A stretch of DNA of 64,000 nucleotides, from positions 172,050,001-172,114,000 of the forward strand of contig OZ024742.1 in NCBI GenBank assembly GCA_964016885.1, read 5' to 3'. Within the stretch, counting starts at the first letter, position 1; each line of letters opens with the position of its first letter. Shown one piece after another: positions 14,369 to 29,520 of this stretch. The position numbers were made by a program, and so were the translations under genes. Below the pieces are notes generated by a model. That model did no database searches. It had not been told where the DNA came from and saw only the letters and a list, made by a program, of their open reading frames with translations. Origin of the DNA: Eledone cirrhosa (lineage: Eukaryota).

Positions 14369-14915
14369 TTACAACACACTGACCCCCAATATATTCACCT
14401 CTGCTAAGATACGGGTCCCTGTGAACATTTTCTCGCGCCACTCCAGGCCTGACTGTAGTCTGACATTAATATCGACCTTTCTTCCTCTTTCTTTCTATCT
14501 TCCTCCTCATAGCCTTCAACCCTTACTTTTCTACTTCTCCCTTCTCTTCTCCCCTTTTTCTACCTTCCTCCCGCAAACTTATCTTCCTTCCCCCTTTTGT
14601 TTGCCTATATCTGACCGGTAGTAGTAGTCTTTCTTCTTATAGCTGACATTAACCCTGGCTTCTCTTCTTCTTCCTTCCTCCTTCTTCTCACTCCTTCCTG
14701 TCTTTCTTTCTTTTATCTTGTGGCATTAACGCTAACTTATGTTCCCATCCCTTTCTGTTTTGGTTTATCTGACCAGTAGTAGCACACTATTAACTTTAGC
14801 CACGTCAATCGAGGGCGACTGGCTGAGGTTGAAGGAGCAGGATAGCGGTCGCCCTCGGATCCTCGATTTTCAGCCCCATGGATTTTACCTATTACATTCA
14901 CGTATTATATTTCGA

Positions 14916-14973
14916 ATACCTGATGATATCACCGGATTCATAAGGAACCCGGTCATTGAAATGATCATAGTAT
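14916..14973 (+). ncRNA. Type I hammerhead ribozyme motif (PLE pseudo-LTR type)
   Basis: ATAC-CTGATGA-..ACCGG..CCGGT..-GAAA-TGATCA-TA-GTAT, followed by AATAAA. Confidence 0.8.
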
Positions 14974-15072
14974 AATAAAACTTTCAAGGATTTACACAAA
15001 TCCAGCCTACTGTCATTTCATTATAATATGTATATACATATATATATATGTATATATATATATGTATATACA

Positions 15073-15131
<59 letters not shown>

Positions 15132-15176
15132 GTATATACATGTATATATATATATATATATATACATATATATATG

Positions 15177-15211
<35 letters not shown>

Positions 15212-15360
15212 GTATTTATATATGTATATGTATATATATATGTATATTTATATGTATATTTATATGTATATATATGTATATATATATGTATATTTATATG
15301 TATATATATATGTATATATATATGTATATATATATGTATATATATATATATATATATATT

Positions 15361-15492
<132 letters not shown>

Positions 15493-15496
15493 TATG

Positions 15497-15596
<100 letters not shown>

Positions 15597-16389
15597 ATAT
15601 AAGAGAGTATTGAAGTATGCTTGAAGCATTGTGGAATAATAAGTAAATATCTTTAAGTCGTTTGGAAGCCTAGACATTGCAAATGGGTAACAAGGTCCGG
15701 TGGTGGAGAGAGAGATGTAAGTGGGTGTACGTTGAGATGCGTGGTGTGTATAAGATGTGTGAGATGTGTAGAATGAAGGGAAGAGTATAAAGGATAAAAA
15801 TAAAAATAACAACACAAGAGAGAGTTACCTTGGGAGAGATTTAATAGTTCCTATATATTTCGGATTCACATCCATCAACTGGGGTTTTTTCCGGGGTGGG
15901 GGAAAAGGTTGTCTGTTGATCAAGTCCGGAACGCGTCTTTCGCTGTTTGTTGTTTTGAATATTCAAAACAACAAACTCTTTACACCGCAAATCCACACTC
16001 AATGATCCACCCTATCTTAACACAATTCGTGACATCTATCTAAAACCTTTTACCCTAGAAATATCCCCATGTACACCTACTTTTAGTATAATTACCTTCC
16101 ATTACTCAGACTACATTATATCACTATATAATTATATGTAAACTTTAAACACTGAATTATTTGTGCAAAAGTTGCTGTATGTATGGAATGCTACCATTAG
16201 ATAAATAGAAGATTAATTTATTAACATAAAAGAGCTATATAACATATATGTTGAGTACAATGAATTATGTACAAGTGGTATATGAGTTATACATACATGT
16301 ATAACTTGATAGACAGATTAATGACATTGTAAGTGAGAATTGCTCTTTGGTCTACCATGCAATCAGTCATGCGCTGACCCAGAGCTTAC

Positions 16390-16635
16390 CAGGGGTTATA
16401 TATAGACGTGGTTCTAATAAGACCCTGTCAGGTTCTGTGAGTAGACTACATTTACAAAGAAGATCTGACTCTTCGTATGAAATATTCAGTTGTAGCACTC
16501 TATGATAGGGAGTAATCATCCCAATATAGAAACCTTTAGTACTTCTTGATAGAGTAGACTGTAATTTAAAGATAGGATACTTAAATTTGGAAACTGTATA
16601 TAACCATATATATAAGGGACTCAATCGAGACACCT
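16390..16635 (+). pseudogene. Possible highly degenerate PLE GIY-YIG C-terminus
   Basis: Frameshifted peptides SVVAL..NHPNIE..VLLDRVDCN..LETVYNHIYKGLNRD; LNRD is a common PLE endonuclease ending; HHR-like motif downstream at 17380-17420. Confidence 0.35.
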
Positions 16636-17756
16636 TTTAATAAACATTGGAATAATAAATTTAGTTATAGAAATCAGCTAGTTACCTCCCCTCATGCATT
16701 AACTCCCCTTAATTACACACATACTTCCGGAAAATAAATCGATGTAAATTCTCGCAACAAAAACAACCTGCTCTATAAAATTGGATTAAAGAACACTGAC
16801 CCGCAACAAGCTGTAATAATTTAACTTAATACATCAAACATCCAATACTGAATCATCGTTAATTATGTGAAGGACATATAAACTATATATTACGTTTCCT
16901 GGTTTGTGAAAATGGTGGTGTATACAAAAACCATAACATTATTTTGCTTCTCATTTATAATATTTCTCTGCACACAAGCTTCTTTATCATACACAAAAAA
17001 TACTTTACCACTACAACCTCCATAATACTCTTGATTACCCGCTTAAAGTGCTTGTATCGCATATAAAACCTTGCCGCACAATAATCTTATATAAATAAGA
17101 CACACGTGCATGCCCCACGTGTAACTATTGCATGCACTAACTACTTCAACTGACTAACCAACTATCCTCTTGCATTATCTACGTAAACTGCCGATGATGT
17201 ATTTTAACTTTAATTTTGCTTTGATTCTGTTTTAATATGATTTTACTTTTTGAATTTAAATTGCCATGCAAAAATATTATAATGGATGTCACCCCACTAT
17301 GCATCGATATATACTTATGTATCTGTATGTCTCTTGTGTTGGACAGGATGTCATGTATGTAAACAATCATTGAAAAATTGCTCCGAAGATTCCAAACCTC
17401 GGTTTGGATGAAACAATTGATGTATATGTATATGTGCGTACGTGTGTGTATATATATACATATGTATATTGTGCCTTTTAATTTTAATTTTAATTCTAAT
17501 ATTGTTACAAGTATATTATATTATATTGTATTACATATAGTACCATAATACCCGCTTTATATAACCACCTTTGTTTAGCTCTAGTTTTTTGCTTTGGACT
17601 ATATTTGTAATATGGTTCAAAATGTTATCCACCTCCTTAGTGATTTTTATTATATATTTTTACCCATAATCTTCCAATACTTTAGTGTATGTACACTCAA
17701 TATTCTTCTGAGTTTTCGGCTTGTATTGGCCGATAGTGCTTCTTGTAGTTTTAATT

Positions 17757-17794
17757 GCCCTGATGAGTCCTTAATAGGACGAAACATTGTTGGC
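17757..17794 (+). ncRNA. Minimal type I hammerhead ribozyme
   Basis: GCC-CTGATGA-GTCC ttaata GGAC-GAAAC att GTT-GGC, followed by AATAAA. Confidence 0.85.
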
Positions 17795-17883
17795 TAATAA
17801 AGACTTTTGATGTATTGAAGGCTTCTTTGTTTTATTTTCATAATATATATATATATATATGTATATATAGATATATATATATG

Positions 17884-17995
<112 letters not shown>

Positions 17996-17997
17996 TT

Positions 17998-18067
<70 letters not shown>

Positions 18068-18074
18068 TATATTT

Positions 18075-18298
18075 GGCACAAAAACGAAGAAAAGAATCCC
18101 CAGTCACTGAAGAGATCACAGAATGTGTGACGAAAGAACTTTGACAATATATAAAAAACTATCTGTCTGTGGAACCAACCAACCAACCAGAAATTTATAA
18201 ATTCCTAAATTTATAAATTTATTATAATAAATTGAAGTGATAGCAACTGGTGCGTGTGTTTCTTATTGGCAACATGACCCTCCCAAAGTATAACAATA
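18075..18298 (+). mobile_element. 5'-truncated 3' end (pLTR) of the PLE at 62818-63655, including HHR 18103-18145
   Basis: Closely matches 63430-63655; GTCA-CTGAAGA-..TCACA/TGTGA..-GAAAG aa CTT-TGAC. Confidence 0.85.
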
Positions 18299-18357
18299 TA
18301 TATATATATATATATACATATATATATGTATACATATATATATATTTATACATATAT

Positions 18358-18975
18358 ATACAGCAGCACAGACTCCACTACAGCAATGAAGAGGCGGATT
18401 TTCAGGTCTCTACGAAGGTCCGACCTCCACACCGATCTCAAGCTGTGACACGCCGCCCAGGCCTTGCTCTTCCTCTCAACCACATCATCTTCCGTATTCC
18501 CAATCTTTGCTCCCAAATACAGGAAGTCCTCAACCAATTCCAGCGGCTTCCCGCCTATATTGTGTCTGAGACTTGGACACTGACCAAGAGACTCACTCAG
18601 ATGGTGGATGGGTGCTACACGGGAATGCTGAGGATGGCTCTGAACATTAATCAGTATACACTGAGGATGAAAAACTCAGAGCTGTATGGGAGCATCCCAA
18701 AAGTCAGCTCAAAAGTGACACAGGGGAGACTGAGGTTGGCTGGACATGCTCACCGACATCCAGAGTTGACATTGCACTCAGTGCTCCTTTGGGAGCCCCT
18801 ACATGGACACACTAGAAGTGGAAGACCAAGGTTAACATATGTTTATGCCCTAAGGACAGGCACTGGTCTGTTGGAGATGCAGGATATGGCAGCGATAATG
18901 AGGGACAGAGACCGCTGGAGAGAACTCGTCCAAGGATCTCGGGAATTTTACCCGCCTTAGATAGATAGATAGATA
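18358..18975. mobile_element. RTE-clade LINE 3' fragment with inverted 5' segment and (TAGA)n tail
   Basis: Minus strand 18358-18556: VEDFLYLG...KIRLFIAVVESVLLY; plus strand 18562-18960: SETWTLTK...DGCYTGMLRMALN...RLRLAGHAHRH...GRPRLTY...DRDRWR. Confidence 0.92.
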
Positions 18976-19062
18976 CATATATATATGTATACATATATAT
19001 ATATATATATACATATATATATGTATACACATATATATATATATATATATACATATATATGT

Positions 19063-19111
<49 letters not shown>

Positions 19112-19123
19112 TATATGTATACA

Positions 19124-19179
<56 letters not shown>

Positions 19180-19233
19180 CATATATATATATATATATAC
19201 ATATATATATGTATACATATATACATATATATG

Positions 19234-19271
<38 letters not shown>

Positions 19272-19284
19272 CATATATATATGT

Positions 19285-19357
<73 letters not shown>

Positions 19358-19358
<1 letters not shown>

Positions 19359-19612
19359 AAACATCACACCAGGACACGTCAAAACAGAAACTGCCCACAC
19401 AAAATTCAAGAAGTCTTTGGACAAATTCCTCCAAGTAATCCCGGACAAACCACACACACCCGGATATGTCTCCGCAAACAGTAATTCTCTTCTCGAATGG
19501 GCCATGGTGCCCAAATCCTGAATTGAAAGACTTCGCCAGGTGTTGCTATTAAGTTAGACATGGCTGGGCCAATACTGGCCAAAACATTTCAAAGTTATTC
19601 AAAGACAAAGTT
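19358..19612 (+). mobile_element. Extreme 3' end of a second CR1/L2-group LINE family
   Basis: [33 protein letters not shown] parallels [16 protein letters not shown]...NSLLHQW; short (TTCAAAG)-like tail; embedded in (TA)n. Confidence 0.8.
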
Positions 19613-19623
19613 ATATGTATATG

Positions 19624-19656
<33 letters not shown>

Positions 19657-19874
19657 GTATGTATATATATATATATGTATATATGTATGTATATATATAT
19701 ATATATGTATATATGTATATATATATATATGTATTAATAAGAGGAATTCCAACTTTGTCTGATTTACTCGTTTTATTTACAATCCTTATATATATGTATA
19801 TATGTATGTATGTATATATACATATATATGTATATATGTATGTATGTATATATATATATGTATATATGTATATA

Positions 19875-19975
<101 letters not shown>

Positions 19976-20201
19976 GTAGATATCTATGGATGTATATATA
20001 TATGTATATATGTATATATATATATATATATGTATATATCTATGGATGTATATATATATGTATATATATATATATATATGTATATATCTATGATATGTAT
20101 ATATATATATATGTATATATCTATGATATGTATATATATATGTATATGTCTATGATATGTATATATATATGTATATATATATATATATGTATATATCTAT
20201 G

Positions 20202-20253
<52 letters not shown>

Positions 20254-20258
20254 ATACG

Positions 20259-20319
<61 letters not shown>

Positions 20320-20322
<3 letters not shown>

Positions 20323-20600
20323 TGTAGGAGGTGAGTTTTATTGTAGTAGAATAAAGTAATGCAGATATCGGATAAGAAGCACTCTGCAGTTTGTAGGACT
20401 GGAGTATACATAATATATAAGAACAAAAGATATGTTGATTTAAAACTGCACTATCCACAAGTGTTTTTTAGCCTTCATATCATGTCCTCCTGTTTTATCT
20501 GATGAAAACACAAATATTATTGCATGATGATGTTTGTTTATGAAATGCGCATAATAAAATACATGGATCTCCTTTAACCATCTTTTATTCTTATATATTA
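20320..20600 (+). mobile_element. Short HHR-bearing element (HHR 20493-20559); copies at 62170-62480 (+, HHR 62376-62442) and 55710-55785 (-, partial)
   Basis: TTTTAT-CTGATGA-36-nt hairpin-GAAA-TGCGCA-TA-ATAAAA conserved in both full copies. Confidence 0.85.
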
Positions 20601-20640
20601 TATATATATATGTATATATCTATGTATGTATATATATATG

Positions 20641-20693
<53 letters not shown>

Positions 20694-20698
20694 GTATG

Positions 20699-20811
<113 letters not shown>

Positions 20812-21313
20812 GTATTTTAATTTATGTAAAAGATTGTTTAATGTTTACTCCGCTCATATTTACAGTTCTGGTATCTCAAATCAGTACCATGGAACAACCA
20901 CTATTATAACACCATATATATTTCCGTGGGTACTTAGTACCTACTGGAATATATCTATAGCATTTATCTGAATTCTCCTTAATGTAAAAAAAAAATGTAT
21001 CATGCTGCTATTTCTAGTAACATGTAATATCAACTAGTCTATTATTCCCGCTCTTTCTAACGGCCCTTTAGTGTGGTTCTAATTTTAACGGCTTAATTCA
21101 TACCCTGGGCAGAAAGCAACCCATCCACATCTACGTGGATTTATAACTAGTAGGTTTGGAGAAGCTACCTAAAGAGCTATTTCTTTCGATTGGAAATTCT
21201 CTGGATTTCCAATCTTTTGATTAGCGAAACCGTCGGTCATATCTCTAGAAGAGGTAAATATTTAAATCGTATTTTAATTTATTTAAAAGATTGTTTAATG
21301 TTTACTTGTTCCG

Positions 21314-21368
<55 letters not shown>

Positions 21369-21417
21369 ATATATGTATATATCTATCTATGTATATATAT
21401 ATAAATATGTATATATG

Positions 21418-21458
<41 letters not shown>

Positions 21459-21514
21459 CTATGTATATATATATATATATATATCTATGTATATATATAT
21501 ATGTATATATCTAC

Positions 21515-21548
<34 letters not shown>

Positions 21549-21663
21549 CTATGTATATATATATGTAGGAACGATCGACTTTCGTCAAATCGGACCGAGG
21601 AAACAATGTTCCCGTTGGTCTTTCCAATTGCTAATACTATCTATCGGTCGCAACTCCAGGTAG

Positions 21664-21783
21664 AAGGAGCAACGTGAAATAAAGTGTCTTGCTCAAGGAC
21701 ATAACGCATCGCCTGGTCCAGGAATCGAACTCACAACCTTACGATTGCGAATCCAATTCTCTAAACACTCAGCCACACGCCTT
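21664..21783 (-). mobile_element. tRNA-derived SINE head, second family (related copies 50420-50538 -, 36510-36850 -, 29188-29320 +)
   Basis: Minus strand A box TGGCTGAGTG and B box GAGTTCGATTCC, followed by GTCCTTGAGCAAGACACTT. Confidence 0.8.
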
Positions 21784-21867
21784 CGTATATATATATGTAT
21801 GTATATATATATCTATATCTTTGTATATATATATATATATATATTTGTATATATATATATATATCTT

Positions 21868-21944
<77 letters not shown>

Positions 21945-21945
21945 T

Positions 21946-22002
<57 letters not shown>

Positions 22003-22003
22003 T

Positions 22004-22058
<55 letters not shown>

Positions 22059-22197
22059 TTGTGTATATATATATAAATATTTTTTTTTATTTCATAGAAG
22101 GAGCTTCTACAGGACTAGTACTGTTTCATTCAGATGAAATCTTCAGTATTGAGTACCTTACTTACTGTGGTTATCCCCGACTCAACCCGGGACCTAC

Positions 22198-22243
<46 letters not shown>

Positions 22244-22244
<1 letters not shown>

Positions 22245-22450
22245 AAAAGGTTCAGAACCCCAACGGCAGAGCTCAAGCCGTTTCGACGGCTATTTCTGGA
22301 CTAAATTCAGTCCAGATGTACCCGTCGAAACGGCTTCAGCTCTGCTCTTGGGGTCCTGAACCTTTTCCTATTACCCACTCTACTATCTAAAGTATCGAGT
22401 ACTCTTGTACGTTATGGTCCACCTGGTTCCTTACCACACTTCCTTCGTTA
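22244..22450 (+). mobile_element. Fold-back element carrying the 3' half of an HHR; copies at 39410-39615, 43129-43255, 44870-45064
   Basis: Imperfect palindrome 22244-22367 plus shared tail ...GGTCCACCTGGTTCCTTACCACA..TTCCTT.GTTATA. Confidence 0.8.
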
Positions 22451-23000
22451 TATATATATATAACAGAAAGTTATTGGTCACCGATATACAGAAAATCTCA
22501 ATAAACAATAGCTAACAATATTGCTTAAATAATTATATATAGAATAACGTATAGAAATATCTCTAGAGGTAGATTCCTAGCATAGGGACAGGTCTTTCTG
22601 CTAGGAATTTGCCTTTAGCTAACTTTGTATGTGTATATACAGCGTGTCCCAAAATATCTTTACTCACTCTAGCAGCATTCTAATAAATATTGCCTGTACT
22701 GGAAATCAGTGAATGTATACACTTTTTTAGGTGAGGTGTGGATGTGGGGGGCATCCTGTGTATATATATGTGTGTATATATATTTATATATATTTTTTCA
22801 ATGTGATGTATCCTTCGTTGTAAGGTCCGTACCGTAGATATAATTCAATATAATCTGATAGCGGTAATCCAGTGAAATCCATAGAAAGGTGCTATAGATC
22901 AGTCAATATGATCAATCCTCCAAAACGATCGTAAAACAATGATTTAAATAGGTAAAATAACTTGACTTTGTTGTTATTAGTTTCATTGTTAAATCAATAT

Positions 23001-23039
<39 letters not shown>

Positions 23040-23159
23040 GCGTCCCCACATATGTATTGGTTGGGCGTGTATATATTATAATAAAATAATTCATTTACTG
23101 GATATTTTCCGCTAGGCGATTAGTCCGGCTATGTGGTTTATGATATATATATACAGAGT

Positions 23160-23193
<34 letters not shown>

Positions 23194-23818
23194 TTGAAAC
23201 CGTGTCGCTGTCTTCACTTTGAATTTATTATAATATTGACTATACTCTGTGTAGTGATAGTAACACGTCATAGTTATTGGCACAATGGAGAAGAGGAGAA
23301 AGTTATGTGAGTTGGAAGTGAGGGGAAGGGGAGTAGTGATGACGGTACGAGAACGAGGGTAGGGTGAACGGGGGTAGTGGTGAACGAAGAAAAAGGTGAA
23401 CGAAGGAATGAACGAGCGAGGGGAGGGAAGGAACAAAAGGGACCGAGGGAACTTAGGGTAGGGGAAGATGGAAGAGGCGAATGAGAAGAAGGGGAACGAA
23501 GGAGAATAATGTATGGGAAGAGGGGAGGGGGGGGGGGTGAGATGCTGAGTCTTATAGGGTGTGATGGGGGTAGGGTAGGACATGAGGAAGAAATTTGGAA
23601 CAGATAATATGTATAGTTGTGTCAGTACATATCGCTGTGTAGGTGCGGGCGTGCTTCTGGGTGTGTGCGTGTTTGCGTACGTAATTTTGCGTGTGAGCGT
23701 ATGTAACTGTGTATGTGTGTGCGTTTGTGTGTGAGAGAGTTCACGAATCTGTGTGTGAGCTCATGTATGTGTGTTTGTGTTGGTCTGTGCGCGTGTGTGT
23801 GATGCCATTTGACGTAAG

Positions 23819-24036
23819 TAATGATTTCTAGTATAGCCACAAGGTCAGTAATTAAGGGGGAGGGGAAATTAGATTAAATCGACCCAGTACGTTACTGGTG
23901 CTTTATTTTATCGACCCCATAAGAATGAAAGGCAAAGTTAACCTCGGCGGGATTTGAACTCAGACCGTAAAGGACCGTAACTCTATGCTGCAAAGCATGG
24001 TGTCCGACTCTCTGCCGATACTGCCAATCCACGCCC
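23819..24036 (-). mobile_element. Full-length tRNA-derived SINE (main family)
   Basis: A box TGGCAGTATCGG, B box GAGTTCAAATCC, central GCCTTTCAT.CTTA.GGGGTCGATAAAATAAAG.ACCAG. Confidence 0.9.
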
Positions 24037-24241
24037 TTTGACGTAATTGATAAGTGTGTATAAGAGATTTGTGTGTGAGTATATTTTTGTTGTCTTTTAG
24101 CCCTTGGACAATTTAATCGAGCTGACCTATGATCAAAGAATTTCCATTATGTGCAAGTAACTCAGATTCACATCCAAAATCTTCAGACGGAAATATAGCT
24201 GTTATTTCTACAAAGTCGAGCAGCCCCCAAATTGTCCGAAG

Positions 24242-24322
<81 letters not shown>

Positions 24323-24761
24323 TGTGTGTGTGTGTGTGAACTGATATTTAAAGAGGTATGTGTGTTTGTGTGTATGTGTGTGTGTATATGTGTATGTGTG
24401 TGTGTGTGTGAACTGATATTTAAAGAGTTGTATAGTGTGTGCGCGTGTACGTACGCCAATGGGTGTATCCGTGCATTTATTTTTTATGTATGTGTGTATT
24501 GGTGCGTATAGTCGTGTTGTAGACGCGTGTAAGTCCTTACTTAGCAGAACGCAGATTAACAATAACAAAAAATATAAACTTTCCAACTACAACAATCGAC
24601 TCTTTACAGGCGTTGTATGGATTACATTACCAAATGTAACGGTCCTTTTAAAAACAGTAAAATCTAGTTTCAGTTATAATTGGCTGCTATTTCTAACACG
24701 CAAAACTACTATATAAGTATGAAAGCTACTAAGCTACTACTCTAATTTAAATATCCTTAAT

Positions 24762-24834
<73 letters not shown>

Positions 24835-25088
24835 ATTTCTCTCGCGCTCTCTTCCCCTGTTTCTCCCTTTATCTCTTCCTTTCTTTCTCTCTCTCTCTCT
24901 CGTTCGCTCTCTGTATGTGTGTGTGCCTGCGCGCGCGCGGGTGTGTGTGTGTGTGCGTGTGTGTGTAGGTGATGAAATCAATAAGACAGACAGAAATAAA
25001 GGGAGCTAGAATAAATATGAAACGATGCTGTGATGAACATAACAGGTAGTAATAAAGCTGATTCAGACATACACACACACACACACAC

Positions 25089-25168
<80 letters not shown>

Positions 25169-25399
25169 CAGAATAATGAAAATAAAAACAAAAGTCAGAG
25201 ATAGGTATTTAATTTGTTCATACTTTTATTATCGTTTCAGAAAGGTGATTGATAGCGGAAGATCGGTGTATCGACTAGCATAGTAGTGGTCACGTCACTA
25301 GCTGTTTATATATTTTATAGGGTTATCCTATATTAATATCTAAACTCTAGTCTTAATTATGTAATACAACTTTGAATGTCTTAACATTTCACACACATA

Positions 25400-26390
25400 C
25401 AGCACCACCACGACTAATATTAAACAAAACAAACAAACAAACGCAACCATTAATAACACAACAAAGCCGCCATCGCTACAACCAGCAATACCTAAAACAT
25501 TACATCGCTGGTACCACCACCGCGTCCACAACACCACCATCAACAACAACTACTATTACCGAAGGCACCATCAAAACCGTGATTAGACAATACGACAGTA
25601 ACCCTCACTTGTAACAACCACAGTAACATTGACAATACGTTAATATCAACACAAACCTCACCACCACTAACATGGTGAACCCCCTCCCAACCACATCTCC
25701 ACACGACAACATGAACACCACCACAAACAACATTACAACACAAATATCACCGCCAACATTACAACACAAACACCACAACCGACATTACAACACAAACACC
25801 ACAACTAACGTTACAACACTAGTAAAACCTCTACCACTATCACCACCACCACTACCAACAACAATAACACATACACCTCCACCAACAACAACAACATCAA
25901 GACATACACCACCATCACCACCAACAACAACCACATACACCACCAACAACAACAACAACCACAACACATACACCATCACAAACAACAACAACACGTACAG
26001 CAACACAAATAGCAACACAAACGCCACAACCACCACCACCACCAAAGACACAAACATCACAAAACCACCACCACCAAAAATAACAACCATAAAAACACCA
26101 CTTCAAACAACAACAACAACTCCACGACAAACAACACAAACACCACCACAAACAACAACACAAACACCACCACCACCAATAACACAAACGCCGCCAACAC
26201 TAAAGACACAAACACTACAAGAACCACCACAACCACCACCACCACCACCACTACCACCACCATCAAAAAGAACAACAACATAAACACCACCACAAACAGC
26301 AACACAAACACCACCATTAACAACATCATCGCAAACATGTCTAAAACAACAAGCCATCAACACCACGATGGCAATTTCAACATTACCATC
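25400..26390. repeat. (ACA/ACC)-rich low-complexity tract
   Basis: Degenerate trinucleotide repeats giving Thr/Pro-rich and Val-rich pseudo-ORFs. Confidence 0.85.
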
Positions 26391-26595
26391 CGTGATAGGG
26401 TGTTAAGTGAGAGCGAACCTTCTAGAAGTGTTCTGATGATGTCAACACTGTATGTATGGTTGGTAGTGAATGGTAGCAACGTAATGGCTTCTGAGTGTCT
26501 GTGTAAGTGTGGGTGTCGGTGTATTTGTTATTGCGTGAATGTGATTGCGTGAATGTCAGTGAGTGGGTTGCGTGAATATCTGCATGTATGTGTGC

Positions 26596-26696
<101 letters not shown>

Positions 26697-26699
26697 GGG

Positions 26700-28055
26700 G
26701 TGTGTGATTGCGTGAATGTCTGCATATATGTATGAGTGAGTGTATGTGTGTATGTGAGTGTCGATGTGTGTGTGAGTGTCGGGGGTGTGTGATTGCGTGA
26801 ATGTCTGCATATATGTATGAGTGTCTGTGTGTATGTGAGTGTCGATGTGTGTGAGTGTCGATGTGTGTGATTACGTGAATGTCAGTGTGTGGATTGCGTG
26901 AATATCTGCATGTATGTGTGCGCGTGTGTGTGTGAGTGTCGGTGTGTGTGATTGCGTGAATGTCTGCATATATGTATGCGTGAGTGTCTGTGTGTTTGTG
27001 AGTGTCGATGTGTGTGATTACGTGATTGTCAGTGTGTGGGTTGCGTGAATATCTGCATGTATGTGTGCGTGTGTGTGTGTGAGTGTCGGTGTGTGTGATT
27101 GCGTGAATGTCTGCATATATGTATGCGTGAGTGTCTGTGTGTATGTGAGTGTCGATGTGTGTGATTACGTGATTGTCAGTGTGTGGGTTGCGTGAATATC
27201 TGCATGTATGTATGCGTGTGTGTGTGTGAGTGGCGGTGTGTGTGATTGCGTGAATGTCTGCATATATGTATGCGTGAGTGTATGTGTGTTTGTGAGTGTC
27301 GATGTGTGTGATTACGTGAATGTCAGTGTGTGGGTTGCGTGAATATCTGCATGTATGCGTGCGTGTGTGTGTGTGAGTGTCGGTGTGTGTGATTGCGTGA
27401 ATGTCTGCATATATGTATGCGTGAGTTTCTGTGTGTTTGTGAGTGTCGATGTGTGTGATTACGTGATTGTCAGTGTGTGGGTTGCGTGAATATCTGCATG
27501 TATGTGTGCGTGTGTGTGTGTGAGTGTCGGTGTGTGTGATTGTGTGAATGTCTGCATATATGTATGCGTGAGTGTCTGTGTGTGTGTGAGTGTCGATGTG
27601 TGTGATTACGTGATTGTCAGTGTGTGGGTTGCGTGAATATATGCATGTATGTGTGCGGGTGTGTGTGTGTGAGTATCGCTGTGTGTGATTGCGTGATTGT
27701 CTGCATATATGTATGCGTGAGTGTATGTGAGTGTCGATGTGTGTGATTACGTGATTGTCAGTGTGTGGGTTGCGTGAATATCTGCATGTATGTGTGCGTG
27801 TGTGTGAGTGTCGGTATGTGTGATTGCGTGAATGTCTGCATATATGTATGCGTGAGTGTCTGTGTGTATGTGAGTGTCGATGTGTGGGATTACGTGAATG
27901 TCAGTGTGTGGGTTGCGTGCATATCTGCATGTATGTGTGCGTGTGTGTGTGTGAGTGTCGGTGTGTGTGATTGCGTGAATGTCTGCATATATGTATGCGT
28001 GAGTGTCTGTGTGTATGTGAGTGTCGATCTGTGTGATTACGTGAATGTCTGCGTG
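26700..28055. repeat. TG-rich satellite with 147-bp period, about 8-9 units
   Basis: ATTG(C/T)GTGAATGTCTGC at 26951, 27098, 27245, 27392, 27539 and onward. Confidence 0.95.
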
Positions 28056-29488
28056 TAAGTGTGCGGGAATGTGTGTGTGTGAGTGTGTGTTTCGGGATGT
28101 GTGTTTGCGTGAATGTCGTTGAGTGTGTGTGTTTGTGTGTGCGATCGCTAAATGTTTTTTTTTCTGTTTTTGCGTAAATCTCTATGTGTATGTGTGTGAA
28201 AGTCGGTGTGTGTGTGTGTATGTGCGTGTGTGTGTAAATGTCGGGGTGTGTGCGTGAATGTCGATGTGTGTGTGTGTGTGTGTGCGAGAATGTTTATTTG
28301 TGTGTGTGTGCGCGTGAAAGTCGGTGCGCGTGTGTGTGTGTGTGTGCATAAATGTCGGTATGTGTGCTTGAATGTCGATGTGTGTGTGTGTGTGGAGGGG
28401 TGTGTTTGCGTTAATGTGTATGTGTGTATGTGCTCGAATGTTGGTGCGTCTGTGTATGTGGGAATGTCAGTGTGTGTGTGTGGCTGACTGTCGGTGTGTG
28501 TGTGTGTGTCTGTGAATGTCGGGGAGCATGTGAGTATCCGTGAATTCCGGTGTGTGTGTGTGTGCGAGTGTACGTGTATGTTTGTGCGAGAATATCGGTG
28601 TGTGTATGAGTGAATGTGGGTAAGTGGGTGTGTGTGTGTGTAGGTGTGTGTGTGCGCGTGGATATTGGTGTGTGTGGGAATATCGATGAGTGAGTTTGTG
28701 TGTGGGGTGTGGGGTGTATGGCAATGAGTGTGTATATGTGTGTATGAGTGAATGTGGGTAAGTGCGTGTGTATGAGTGTGTGTGTGTGCGTGGATGTTGG
28801 TGTGTGTGGGAATATCGATGTGGGAATATCGATGAGTGAGTGTGTGAGTGTGTGTGTGTGTGTGGGGGGTTATGTCAATGAGTGTGTACATGTGTGGTGT
28901 ATGAGTGAATGTGGGTAAGTGTGTATGTGTGTGTGTGTGGGGGGGGGGGGCTTATGTCAATGAGTGTGTATATGTGTGAATTTATGAGAATGTCACTGAC
29001 ATACCATTGCACTAATATTGGGTGTGTTGCGTGTAAATGTGTTACTGGTATACCATCGTACCAACAACTATACTGTTATACGATCGTACCAACAGCTATA
29101 CCGTTATACCTCGCAAATTGCGTGTGTGTGTGTGGTGCGTGTATGTGGATGGTACTAACGTAGCATGGTACCAACATGTGGAATATCTCGCAGCGTGGCT
29201 GAATGATTAAGCAGTACGGCTTGCAATCATCAAGTACCGTGTTCGATCCCATTGAGTGTCTTCTAGTGCATGTTTTATTTACCGTACCTTCGGGTTGCCA
29301 CGGGCCTTGCCAGTGAAAATAAACGAGAAATGCACTTGTAGCACTATCTACAATTCATAGGACCATACTGTCTGCGTGTGAGTGAGAGTCAATGTATGTC
29401 TGCATGTGTATATATTTACATAGATGTGTTACATTCTTCTTATACGAATTTCATTCATTAGACTGCGGCCATGCTCTTGCACTATCAC

Positions 29489-29520
<32 letters not shown>

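Noticed and set aside
15845-15885. Minus-strand HHR-like GGA tgtgaa TCC-GAAA-TATATA-GG
   Set aside because: The 5' core is too degenerate to call
25672-26283. Mucin-like Thr/Pro ORF
   Set aside because: Low-complexity ACA/ACC tract open on both strands, with no splice or domain evidence
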